Assembly (NCBI GenBank): GCA_905178155.1
Contig: CAJINV010000002.1
Coordinates: forward strand, 12,533,621 to 12,597,620
From: Amoebophrya sp. A120
Lineage: Eukaryota; Protista; Dinoflagellata
Reading direction: 5' to 3'
DNA length: 64,000 nt
Position numbers and translations under genes: made by a program. Below the pieces are notes generated by a model, which was not told where the DNA came from, searched no databases, and worked only from the letters and a program-made list of their open reading frames with translations. Each line of letters begins with the position of its first letter. The first letter of the stretch is position 1. Of this stretch, positions 1 through 10,900 are shown piece by piece.

Positions 1-1265
1 CTGGTCGCACTTGATCACCACGCGGTTTCGCATGTGCGTGAGTTGATCGGCTAGGGGCTGCACGCTGCGGTCCCAGGTGGCCGAGAAGAAGCAGGATTGA
101 AATTTTTCCGGAAAAGAATACATGATCACCGCCAAGTCCTCTTCAAAAGAGCTTTCTTCCAACATCCGGTCTGCCTCGTCGAGAACAAAAAAAGTGACGT
201 TATGGCAACCTAACTGTCCGTTTTCCACGAAATCCCGCATGCGTCCCGGCGTTCCAACCCACAGGTTCGCATACACCATTGACCTAGATGAACGCAACAA
301 AACGATTCACGTTCAGCGAAATACGTTCGTCTTCCTGTTCCTGCTCATGTACTTATTTACATAAAAGTTGTCTTCTTCTTCGATGAATCAATGCTTGTAC
401 GTCTTGTTGCTTTTCGCTGAATTAGGTACGGCGGAAAGAAAAATCCTATATAGGTAACGAATACGAAAGCTGCTTCTCTTTTTTCTCGCCGCCGTAGCAC
501 ATCCCCGTGGTCACCGGGAAATTACACCTGTCCGAAAGCGCCGGCGGGACGATTTTCTGGGCCTCGCTGTGGATCTGGATGACGAGCTCTCGTGTCGGGC
601 CCATGATGAGCGCCCGGGAATGCGGGTTAGCAGTCAAATGGATGATTGCGGGGACGAGAAAGGCAAGCGTTTTGCCGGAACCGGTTTTTGCCACACCAAC
701 GACGTCGAACCCCTGGATCACGAAGGGAATGGTGAATTTTTGCACCTTATACGGATGGCCCAGTCCGATTTGCTTGAGTTTTGCCCCCAGTGTAGACATC
801 TGGTCTCGCAAATACCTGAAAAGCATTAGCAGTATTATAAAGCGCAAGGTCATGCTGAATCCATGATTACGAAGTATTTGCTTCCCATAGTACCTTGGGC
901 ATGTCGCGACCTCCTACTACAGCTTTGATGCAAGAGGCATAGCATTAGTCTATTTACTTACTTTTTTCCGTTTTGGCGCACTTTCTCCTCCGGCGGCAGC
1001 GGAAGGAAGAGCGATCGGTAAGACCGGAACGTGATGAGCTTCGTGCAGTCCGGATCACTTTCTCGTGGATACTTGTACTCGTAAGTAATGTTTTCCTCGG
1101 ATCTTTGCGCGTCGGGGCATTCATAGAACACCTCCTTGAAGAGACTGGACTTCTGTCCGAATATGTTGAATCGCACCGAATCCAGTTTAAATGCTGGAGG
1201 TCGCATGCTTGGCGGGTGACTCGCGTACAACTCAACCTCATCGTACCCGTGGTCCGAGCATCCTT
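1..1265 (-). CDS. DEAD-box RNA helicase (DDX5/DBP2-like), core exons; 3' part continues beyond the left edge. Exons about 962-1265, 465-815 and <1-283
   Basis: Q motif and motif I (PYKVQ...GFDVVGVAKTGSGKTLAF) and motif Ia PTREL are in 465-815. GTPGR, VLDEADRML and FFSATW are read manually in 1-283. GT-AG introns at 816-961 and 284-464 join these in frame. Confidence 0.92.
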
Positions 1266-3169
1266 CTAGCAAAGCTTGGGCGCCGTTCGGTCCTTGCAGA
1301 CTGTGTGATGAATGATGATGTGGATTGGTGATCTGGACATGTAGTTCATGTGAATACAGAGACTGTGACTGGCAGACAAGCTGATTTTCATGTCATGTTT
1401 TTGTCTTCGCGGCGAAATAAACAACAAGAATAAAAGCAGTGAGTTGTACAGAGCGTGCGATTGTGGTGCGACGCTGGTGCTGGGCCGCCTATTTTCCATT
1501 TTCTTCGTGTCACGCCCGGTTACTCCCAGCAGTCCCTGTGGCGTCCCTGTACTCTTCGGCGGCATCGACGACTCAAGATTGCGCGCCCGGTTTGCAGACG
1601 GCTGTGATGTGCCTGCTCCGCAACGGCTGTTACCGGTCACAACAGAAGAGCTGCGCGCTCTTCCTTCGTTCTGGCGAGGGTATTTCTGCCCCGCCGTACT
1701 GCGGTTTGTTCCGAAACTGCCGCACACCTCCGAGCCGCCGTCCTGCTGCTGACCGCTTGCCCGACCGCTCTCAGCGAATTGATGGTCACGACCTGACAAT
1801 TTCTGAGTTTGAGCATGCAAAATCTGCTGCTGCTCGGTGTCGTCGGGGTTATAGTTGCTTACGCTTTTTTGTTCTCCAGGCGGAGACCAACCACGCATGT
1901 CCGTGCTACAGTTCCAAGATTGAAATTCCTGACGTGTTGCTGTGTCCTGTTGTTCGCCATGTACTCTCTCTGCCACTTCTTTTTTTGTTTGCTGAGCATT
2001 ATCCTCGTCATTTGCTTCCCACCATGGCCTTGAGCTGCTGCTTTGCGTTTGCCACCAGATTGCATCTGCGTCAGCAGCTTCATATTGATCATCAGACCAC
2101 TTACCCTCCTGCTCCTTTTCCGGTGCCCACTTGGCGTAGTGTCCCCACGAAGAATCATCTTCTTGCTGCTCCACCGTAGCACGGCCGTAATTCCAATCTT
2201 TGTAGTTCATGGTCTGGAGGCACTCGCTTTGTACTTGCGAACGAGCGGCCTCCAGGACGCCTCCTGTGCCCGCACCGCCAGTTCCGGCGTCGAAAGCATC
2301 GCAATCTCTTCCACCTACTCCGGCATGGGACGCTTCCCGATCTTCATCATCAGACGACGCTGACACGTCTGGCACCTCGGAAGACTCCTGGGCTTCCTCG
2401 TTATCCGAACAAGAAGCGTCATATTGTACACGCTCCTTCTCAAAATTCAGCTCATTTCCTTCTCCAAGTATATCGGAATGTGCCGCAGCGGCAACATCCG
2501 CGCCCTGCTGCGCGAAATTGTAGATCTCCACCGTCGCCTCAGGGTCTTGGTCTTGCCAAAAGCTTTTCATGCCAGGCGTTCCCACAACGTTTGAAATGCC
2601 TAGCCAGGCTTGACACGTTACGCGAGGGTCAGCCGGTGGAGGAAGATCGAGATAGTCCGCAGCGTCGTAGACACGACGAGGGTCCGTGCCACGCAAATCC
2701 TCGCCGCCCTCATCTCGGAGGGTCGTTCCAGCAGCGGTACTTCGATTCGGTTCCGTTGCTTCCGCCTTGTAGTGCTGCTGTACGGCCGCGACTTGTGGTG
2801 TGGCGGCTTCTCTTACGCCTGTGACACCCGACGTGCCAGGAGTTCGGTGCAATAGGCCTGATATGCTTTGACTTCGATTTGATGTTTGTCGCTCGCCATT
2901 CGGTAAAGCCAAGTTTTGCGGCCCCTGCAGGTGTCCACGCTGCTGACAGACTAACTGGTCAGCCTCATAGACCTCGACCCGAAACTTGCGCGGAAAGGCT
3001 GTGCCTCCCCGTACCTTCAAGCGTACTGTTACGGGAACCTTCGGTCCATGCTGATTCACAAGAAACGTCTTCTCCAATAGCTCGTCTTCCTCCAGCACGG
3101 CTTGTCCTGTGCCAGTGCGATAGCCGAGATTGTCAACCATGTTCGTCGGATCTCCGCTCTTGTCTTTAT
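1266..3169 (-). CDS. Long low-complexity (Q/S/G/W-rich) coding exon, probably the N-terminal extension of the helicase gene; 3' splice donor not resolved
   Basis: Part of the 740-aa ORF 1266..3488, protein-like from KDKSGDPTNMVDNLGYRTG onward. The ORF segment above 3169 merely reads into an insertion. Confidence 0.6.
3121..3169. repeat. Direct repeat R, copy 1 (49 bp)
   Basis: tagccgagattgtcaaccatgttcgtcggatctccgctcttgtctttat, identical to copies at 5851 and 7021. Confidence 0.98.
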
Positions 3170-4623
3170 TAGGGGTTGAAAGAATTAAGTTTTTGGTCAA
3201 GGTTTTGATTTGCGATTTTTCATTTTTTTTCTCCTCGCTCTGAATGGAAAAGGAAAGCGCAGACCATCCAGCCGAAAAAGCTCGCTGCGCCGATATCAAC
3301 ATCTCGGCCGGTATCCAGACCAGCAGAAGCCGGGCAAAATGGAAGCCGCGCGCTTGCTGCTTCCAACCTCCCCCCCGGGTGAATACGATGAAGCCGCGGC
3401 GGCATTTTTCTCGGCTTCTGCTGACCCGGACTGCTGGCCAAGATATTAGCCTCGGCACCTCCCCAGAAGAACCCCAGACGCATGCCATCCGCCGCGAGGT
3501 ATTTGGGGCGCCGGGCTGCTGGCCCGGCTTCTCCGCCCCCAGATCTCATCCTGCGGTGGCGCGTATCGGGGTCCGGGGGAAGAGGCTGAGCAGCTGCGGG
3601 CTTGCCCGGCTGGAGGTTTGGCCGGGTCCCGGTTGCCGCCAAGGCGGCAAGTTCTCGGCTAGGCCTTTTCATGACAAAAGCGCACCAAAATGGAAGCAGG
3701 TTCTGATTTTTTCCGGGAGCTTTCCCCGGACTAACGCTTACGCCTTTGCCCCTGCCCTGGCCCCCCCCTTTCGGCCGAACTTGGTGGCCTAAAGTGGGCC
3801 GACGCGGGCGCCCATATCTTGGCCTGGCGGCCTGCCTTTTCCTGCGAGTTCCCTGGAGCAAATGGCAGGGCGCCCGGCTTCTCTGGCCCCGCATCCCGTT
3901 CCGCAATCTTGCGGGACGCCGTCCGGAGGCAAAGGTAGAGCACCTTCATCCTGGCCAACCACAGGGATGCTTGTCCCTGTAGTGGCTGCCGCCAAAGCGG
4001 CAAGAGGTTGGCCAGGGTTTTGCTCAGAAGAGGCTCACGGACATGGACGCAAAGACTTACTTTTCCCGGAAGCTTCCCCCGACCTGGAAAAATACGCTTT
4101 TGCTTTCGCTTTGTGCTTCATCTTGTGGCCGAAAGTGCGGAGCCGAGCTGCGCCGATATGCTCGCCCATATCGTGTCGAGGCGGCCTGCTTCGTCGTGCA
4201 AGCCACCTGGAGCAACTGGCAGGGCGCCCGGCTTCTCTGCCCCCGGATCTCGTTCCACAATCTTGCGGGACAACGGGAGGAGGCAGAGGCAGAGCACCTT
4301 AACGGCCAACGACGGATATGCCTGTCCCTGTGATGGCTGCCGCCAAAGCGGCAGGGTTTTGGTCAGGGTTTTGCTCCGAAAAGGCTCACCGCAATCGAAG
4401 CAAAAACTTATTTTTTTCGGGAGCTTCCCCCGAGCTAATAAAATAAGTTTTTGCTTTCGCTTTGCTCTCCTTTTTGTCGCCGAAAGTGTGGAGTTGTTCT
4501 GGGCGGGTTTGTTCGCCCATATCGTGCCCAGGCAACCTGCCTGGCCTTGCAAGTTACTTGGGGCGAGTGACAGAGCGCCCGGCTGCTCTGCCTCCGGATC
4601 TCGTTCCGCAATCTTGCGGGAGA
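3170..4623. mobile_element. Inserted cassette 1 (1454 bp), non-coding, GC-rich, with ~350-bp internal tandem repeats
   Basis: Bounded by R copies 1 and 2; no recognisable protein; internal repeat is cut off at the R junction. Confidence 0.6.
3630..4621. repeat. ~350-bp degenerate tandem repeat, about 2.8 copies
   Basis: gccgccaa(a/g)gcggca recurs near 3635, 3988 and 4338; cc(g/a)caatcttgcggga recurs near 3901, 4255 and 4606. Confidence 0.9.
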
Positions 4624-4663
4624 GTCAACCATGTTCGTCGGATCTCCGCTCTTGTCTTTATGT
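4624..4663. repeat. Direct repeat R, copy 2 (40 bp, left-truncated)
   Basis: gtcaaccatgttcgtcggatctccgctcttgtctttatgt, which is R positions 12-51. Confidence 0.97.
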
Positions 4664-5850
4664 TACTCCGAAAGCATGGGTCTAGATGTATGGGGTGCCG
4701 AACTTGCCCAGAACTTGCGCAGAACTTGTCGGACCGGTTTCCGGTTGGGGCAATACAAGAGGGCGCCGGGGTTCCAGGCAACGAGGGCCCAACCTTCCGC
4801 CGGTCTATACTGCTCAAGTGGATGCCGGCTGCACGTTGGTGCGAGACAGCAGCCCACCAAGATGAACCACCTAAACGACGGCCAAACGCTACGGCAACAC
4901 GCTTGCACATCAACCGAAGATGAGCACGATGCAGCATACTTCCCCCACAGCCGAGCCCCCGTCCGTGCTCGCGGCTGTGGGCACGACAAGAAGGGAGGCC
5001 TTTCTTTGAGGTGTTGCACCGGAGGGGGGGCGCGAGAGCGAGTGTCGCCCTGTGGCGAGACAGCGCGTCTACGGCCGGGAGCATGCCACACCAGCGCAGC
5101 AGGAGACAGGATGAAGGGAGAGCGCCATCGTGTAACGCGCGTTACACGATGGCATGCGGCTTCGTTTGCTGGAATGCGATAAAACAAAGCGTTTCGGGAG
5201 CGCGCGCGATGACAACAAGATAATCCTCGGCGGGCCCGCCCGACGACTGGGGCCGGCCCATCCACGCCGGGCGCCGAGAGGGGGGCAGGCTTGGCAGGCT
5301 GCGCCGAGCCAACACCCAGGCGGCCTCCGATGCCGTGACACCTCGCAGCCTGCCCTCCTTCAGAAACCCAAAAACCCCCGGGGTGGCCCTCTGGCCGCTT
5401 TAGGGTTGCGAGGCCCCCGAACCGGATCAAACCACAGCGGCGCTCCCATCAAAGAGCACGTCGGCGGCTGGCGGTGCCGAAGGCCGGCACTTCGGTTCGA
5501 CGATGCGAAACACTCTCGCCGACAAAGACAAGGCCCGGACCACCCTCGTGGCCCAAACTACAAGAAAAAGAAGTCCTCTCCGTGGGGGGCGTCAACATGA
5601 CAGACAAAACAGAAGCTGCTTGAAGCAAGGGCAGGCAGAGTGGCGCGCCTCCTCTATTAATAGGGCACGAAGGCGAGGAGGGGCGCTGCTCGCTAACCAA
5701 GAAAGTAGCCGCAGCCTGGCAGGCGAGCCAGCGGCGCCTTGCCCCTCTCACTCGGGTCTAGCTGGCGGGCGTCTCACCTTGAGGAAAGATCGAGTTGCGT
5801 CCTCGATCTTTCCGAGACAAGTTCTGGGCCAAGTTCTGGAACAAGTTCTG
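4664..5850. mobile_element. Inserted cassette 2 (1187 bp), MITE-like, with subterminal inverted triple CAGAACTTG motifs
   Basis: Left 4698-4733 ccgaacttgcccagaacttgcgcagaacttgtcgga is an imperfect inverted repeat of right 5811-5850 tccgagacaagttctgggccaagttctggaacaagttctg. Perfect 30-bp palindrome at 5124-5153; 12-bp-stem hairpin at 5783-5813. Confidence 0.7.
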
Positions 5851-5909
5851 TAGCCGAGATTGTCAACCATGTTCGTCGGATCTCCGCTCTTGTCTTTATG
5901 TATCATTGC
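5851..5909. repeat. Direct repeat R, copy 3 (59 bp)
   Basis: Identical over 59 bp to 7021-7079. Confidence 0.98.
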
Positions 5910-7020
5910 ATGACTCGCAAAAGCCCCCCCCTTTTCGCCGGAAAACTTCTCCCAACGCCCTCGGGGGACGCAATTCATGCCAAGTCGATCGGTTTGGCGC
6001 GCTGGTGTAGTTCTTTTGAAGCTTAGCAAACATCTGCAGCAGCACGAAGATCGGCGGCACAAAACAAATCTCCCTAGGCGGGCGATCAAAACCGGCTGAC
6101 TTTGCGCGCTGTCAACAAAAGCGAAAACGCGTTGACTTTGCACTTCGGGCTCGCCTAAAGAACCCCTCAGGAAGGAAATAAAAAGCCCGCGCTTTTTCGC
6201 TCCGTTTTACGAATAGGCTGGAAAAGTGGGAGAGTGAAACTCCACCAACTTTTCGCACGCAGCGAGCTTTCAGTCTGCCTCCAGAAGACACTCAAAAAAC
6301 CAAGTGAAAGCTCAGCGGTGTTTTCACTCGGAGTGACAAGTCACTACACATTCCGAAAGGCTTAGGGAAAAGAAGTGAGAAATCAGTGATTTCTCACTCT
6401 CGCGAAATCCTGACGGCTGGAGACCTTTTCTGGAGTCCGACTCCAGAGTGAGAATTTTTCAAAAGTGAGAAATCAGTGACTTCTCACTACTTTTCTCGAA
6501 GGTACTTCGGGGCTCGAAGGTCTTCGGGGCTCGAAGTACCTTCGAGAAAAGTAGTGAGAAATCACTGATTTCTCACTTTTGAAAAATTCTCACTCTGGAA
6601 AGAGTGAACGCGACTCCGACTCCGGAGTGAGAATTTTTCACAAGTGAGAAATCACTGATTTCTCACTCCGTTTCTCGAAGGTGTTCGAGAAACAGAGTGA
6701 GAAATCAGTGATTTCTCACTTTTCCCAAATGAAAATTTTTCAGAAGTGAGAAGTCAGTGACTTCGCACTTTTTTCAAAATGGAAACTTTTCAGAAGTGAG
6801 AAATCAGTGATTTCTCACTTTTCTGATTTCTCACTTTTCCAGAATGAAAATGCTTCAGAAGCGGGAGGTCGCTGACCTCTCACTCCGCTGTTCGAAGCCC
6901 TGCGGGAAACGGACCGGAGTGAGAAGTCTTCCAAAATGAAAACTCTTCCGAAGTCAGAAAGCGCGTTCTTCTCGTCCCGTTTCTGGACGGAATGTAGGCC
7001 CCTTGTTTCTCAAAAAGAAA
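5910..7020. mobile_element. Inserted cassette 3 (1111 bp), non-coding, palindrome-rich, A-rich right end (ctcaaaaagaaa)
   Basis: Bounded by R copies 3 and 4; contains an array of 25-bp palindromes. Confidence 0.65.
6300..6930. repeat. Array of 25-bp palindromes AGTGAGAAATCA(G/C)TGATTTCTCACT nested in larger hairpins
   Basis: Copies start at 6374, 6464, 6553, 6643, 6696, 6745 and 6795, plus degenerate ones. Arms 6442-6509 and 6532-6599 form a 68-bp inverted repeat with one mismatch; a second hairpin spans about 6642-6721. Confidence 0.95.
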
Positions 7021-7079
7021 TAGCCGAGATTGTCAACCATGTTCGTCGGATCTCCGCTCTTGTCTTTATGTATCATTGC
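7021..7079. repeat. Direct repeat R, copy 4 (59 bp)
   Basis: Identical to copy 3; on the minus strand encodes AMIHKDKSGDPTNMVDNLG. Confidence 0.98.
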
Positions 7080-7330
7080 TTTTTCGGTACAGAGCCTAAA
7101 CACTTTACCTTTAGATGTCAGTTAGCACAACATAATGAATTCTGATAGATATTGTATTTCTTCAAAGAGGCTATAGTGTAGTATTTTGTATCTGCTTTCA
7201 GTACAATTCTTTCCATTGATCATGTTGCTTCACATGCGCTGCTACCAGCACTCGAAACGGCGTAGGGCAAGGAATTCCAGGGGCTCATCTTGAGTCTGTT
7301 CTTCAATACATGTGAGACTTCTGATGGATC
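7021..7330 (-). CDS. Putative upstream exons (about 7246-7330 and 7021-7095) of the gene interrupted by the cassette array
   Basis: An AT-rich GT-AG intron at 7096-7245 would join LEFLALRRFEC-W-LCTEKAMIHKDK in frame with R and hence with the ORF resuming at 3120. Confidence 0.4.
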
Positions 7331-7908
7331 TATCAACCAAGCGACGACTAGGAGCGTTGATCCGTAGTTTTACCAACAGATATTCTTTTTTTTCCACAAC
7401 CATACATGCTAAAAAAAAACGAACCACACACAAGAAGTGATCCATTCAATCTTTGAGAATGAACAGAAAATGATCGTCTGCAACATCTTGACCTTGTGCC
7501 ACTGAGGCTACTTTCCTTTGGGTTAAAACGAAAGAGCGCTGGTCACACCCAGGAAGCGAGAACTGTATCCTAAGGAAAGTACAAAAATAAGTCCAGCTTC
7601 GCTGTCGCACGAAGATCATCTTTTGTAAGTATCTGATCGACGCGGATTTCTTTCGTAGTGTCACACCAACAGTCAAGAGAACAACTTTGCCGTGAAAAGT
7701 GGCTTCGGTAATTTGAGTCGAACACGCACCGACAGTATCTCTTCACTGTGCTTTATTGCTTCGCAATTAGGATGCAAAAATGCAGCACTGGCTCCGTATT
7801 TCACTGCTCAATTGTCAAAAAATCTCGAACTCGTAATTCTGCGCGTATCATAACATCGGGCCAAAAACGGAACGAATGGTTTTTTCATTTCACCTTATGG
7901 ATACAACC

Positions 7909-10900
7909 TTACGTAAAAACGATTTCCGTAACGCGTTTCTCAGTGTCAGCTCCAGCTGCTTTGACCAGCTGCGAAAAGTTGCTTGTCTCGTCGCGAAGCA
8001 GATCCTTCGGTGCCCCGAATTCGGCCTTGGAGCCGCGGTCCAGAAAAAGCACCTTCTCGTAGTCCGCAATCGTTTCCAAACGGTGTGCAATGGTCAGCAC
8101 GCAGCAATCTTTCTGCTTCTTCAGCCAAGTCCGTATCGCGCGCTGCACCAGTGCGTCGGTCTCCAGGTCGCAGCTCGCCGTTGCCTCGTCACAGACTAAA
8201 AGCTCTGGCTTCCGCAGCATCACGCGCGCCAAGCAAACCTGCAGAGATAATAAAAGTTACGTCAGCGGACCGTTTTTTCCCCTGAAATCTGAATCAAGAA
8301 AGAAAAAGACGCAAGAAAACATTCAACCACAAGCAGTAAGATTTGTAGAAAAATGTTGTTACCAGCTGCCGCTCGCCCAGACTAAGGTTTTTCCCCGATT
8401 CTTCAAGATTGGTCACCAAATCGTAGTGTTTCAGAACCTCCTGCTGCTCCTTTTCCCGTTCGTCACCACCGTCTGATCTAGAACGTTGGAACAAGCAAGC
8501 CGAGGCCAGCGCATCCTCGCACTCCTGATCGCTGTATTCACCGAAAGGATCCAAATTTGCCCGGACCGTGCCGCTGAACAATACTGGATCTTGAGTGATG
8601 ATCCCCAGGCGCTTTCGGCTTTCGTTGACCGGCACGACCACGCCCCGGGTCGGGTCCGAGAGCAAGCTCTTCCCGTTCAGAAAAATGCGCCCGTGAATCT
8701 CCTCAGCGAGGTTGAAGATCGCGACGGCGATGGAGCTCTTGCCCGCGCCCGTCCGCCCGACCACCGCGCAGCGCTCGCCCGGCGCGATGGTCACCCAAAG
8801 TTTGGTCAACACGTAGTTTGGCAGATCCTTGCGGTATTTAAGGTAGAGGTCCTCTATTACCAAACCAGGCTGCGGTTTGTCAAGTCGATCTGGAAGTAGA
8901 GCATCCTTCGCTGCAGTTGTTGCATCTTCCAGTTGTTCTGCGGACCGCTGTACTAAAAGCGGCTGTTGACAACTGTCGTCGCCCCCATCTTCGTTGCTCA
9001 CAGCTGCTTCTTCGAGTGAAGTCTGTGACAACCGAGCGCGCTTCCCGAGGTACACTTGCTGGCTGGTCGGAGGCGCGCCGCTCTTCTGGCCTTTGAAGCC
9101 GCGCTCCTCGTGAATCTCTAGCTTCGTCGTTTCCCCGGGCAAGGCCCTGTGGTCGCCCTCCACGTCGCGACTGTTTGCGTTGTCCAGATCGCTGTGCACG
9201 CCGTCTTTGGGCACGAAGTGCGGGCCCAACTTCCGCAGATTTTCCACCGACGCAACGCTCGCGTCCGCCTGTACGTAGTACAGGTAGCAGTACAAACACG
9301 CCTCCGAGAAGTTCATGCACCACCCGAGCAGCACCCCGGCGATCCCGGCGTCGAGGCGGGAGGAGAACACCAGCACCAAGCACCAGTACAGCAACCCTAG
9401 CACTTCGATCCGCACCCCGAGCCAGCGGAGAGCCAAATTCTGCGCGTACGTCACGCGGGATTGCTTGTTCAGCAACAACCGGCAGAGCTGACTGTAGACC
9501 TGCTGCCGCTGGAAAACCCGGATCACCGTGACCCCTTGGCACGTTTCGGAGAAGAGCGACAAGAGCGCCGGCAGATTCTCCAACTGTTTCAGTTCCGTCA
9601 GGCGACGCCGGGCGGTGGAGAGCAGGATGCACAGCGGGAGGAGAAACGCCGGCAACACGAGCACCAGGTACCACGGCCACAAGAGCCAGGAGGAAAACAC
9701 CACCGCCGTGATGTTCCAGCTGAAGAACAAGAAAAAGGGAAACAAGGCAACCGGGAGACTGGCGTCGACCTGCTCCACGTCGAAGGAGAAGCGGGTTAGC
9801 AAAGCGCCGACGCTCATCGTGTCAAACCAGTGGATTGGGGCGCGGAGCACCGAACGCAACATGTCGTCGAACAGTTTCTCCGAGGCCATGCGGGCGAGCC
9901 GCGGGAAGGTTCCGCGGAGCGCAATCTGCAGCGCTTTGTTCAGTCCCATGAACACCCCAAAGAAGATCAGGTACCTCTTCCGATGCAGCAACCGCGTCAC
10001 GTCGTCGTCCTCCGGGTGAAGCACGTCGGTCTGGCTCCACCAGGACATGCTGAGATCGCTGAACACCGCCAGAATCCGCTCGCCAGTCATCAGGATGCCC
10101 CAACCGATCAGGGGCACGAAAAGCCGCAGCGGATACACCGTCGCGGCGGACACCGGGTGCAGCTTCGTCGCGGCGAATTTCGCCTGCCGGCTCATGGCCG
10201 CCAGGTAGGTCGCGTACATGGAGAGTTTTCCTGGCACGAGATCTTTCAATTTCGCCAAAACCGCCGCGTCGGGCTCGTCGTGATCGTCGCTCTTTCCGTC
10301 TACAACAGAAGTGCTACAGCTGCCTTTCTTTCGCTTTAATGTCGCTGTTCCGCCTTCGACGTCAAACGGCTTGTTGGGGTCCTCTGGGTCTGGGTCGGGG
10401 AGCTCGGATATTGGTAGTCGTGCTGGTGAGTCTTGCGGCTGCCGCTTGATCGCAGCGGGCGTCGTGCACATTCCATTGTCGTCTTGGTTATCAAGTGCAA
10501 AAATGTCTGGGTCTGAATGAATGAATGAGTGACGCCCCCTGACGCACCTCGTCGATCCGATCGCTTCACTAGTTCTTCTTCTTTCCTGGACTGCCACGAA
10601 TGCAAAACGCAGCCAGCTTGTCGCGCATACATGTTAACCAGCAAGCGATTTCCCGGTCCGACGGCCCCTCTTACTCCGGTTTTCGACGACACACGCTGTG
10701 TCGCCTGTGGGTGAACCAGTACGCCATGCGTACATGGACGAAACCCTGATTGGCCGTTGAGCCACCCCCGCGGCACCTACCGACTCTCCCCGAGCCGGTA
10801 CACGTGATCAACAAACACCACTAGTGCCTACTGCTCCGTGGGTCTGGAAAAGTGTAAACTTGTCATGCAGATTTTCCATGACCCATAAGGTCTGGAATGC

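Noticed and set aside
3121-3169. R as the dinoflagellate spliced leader or an snRNA gene
   Set aside because: It shares only TAGCC with the SL (DCCGTAGCCATTTTGGCTCAAG), has no recognisable RNA-gene motif, and reads as coding on the minus strand.
3168-3178. Telomere-like ttagggg at the cassette 1 junction (also single TTAGGG-like words near 5399, 6362, 25327)
   Set aside because: Single copies only, expected by chance.
3210-6143. Many overlapping ORFs of up to ~255 aa inside the cassettes
   Set aside because: They are R/P/G/A-rich products of GC-rich repeats with no transposase, RT or recombinase motifs.
3121-7079. True CRISPR array
   Set aside because: Spacers are over 1 kb, repeat lengths vary, no cas genes are present and the context is eukaryotic; only the architecture is analogous.
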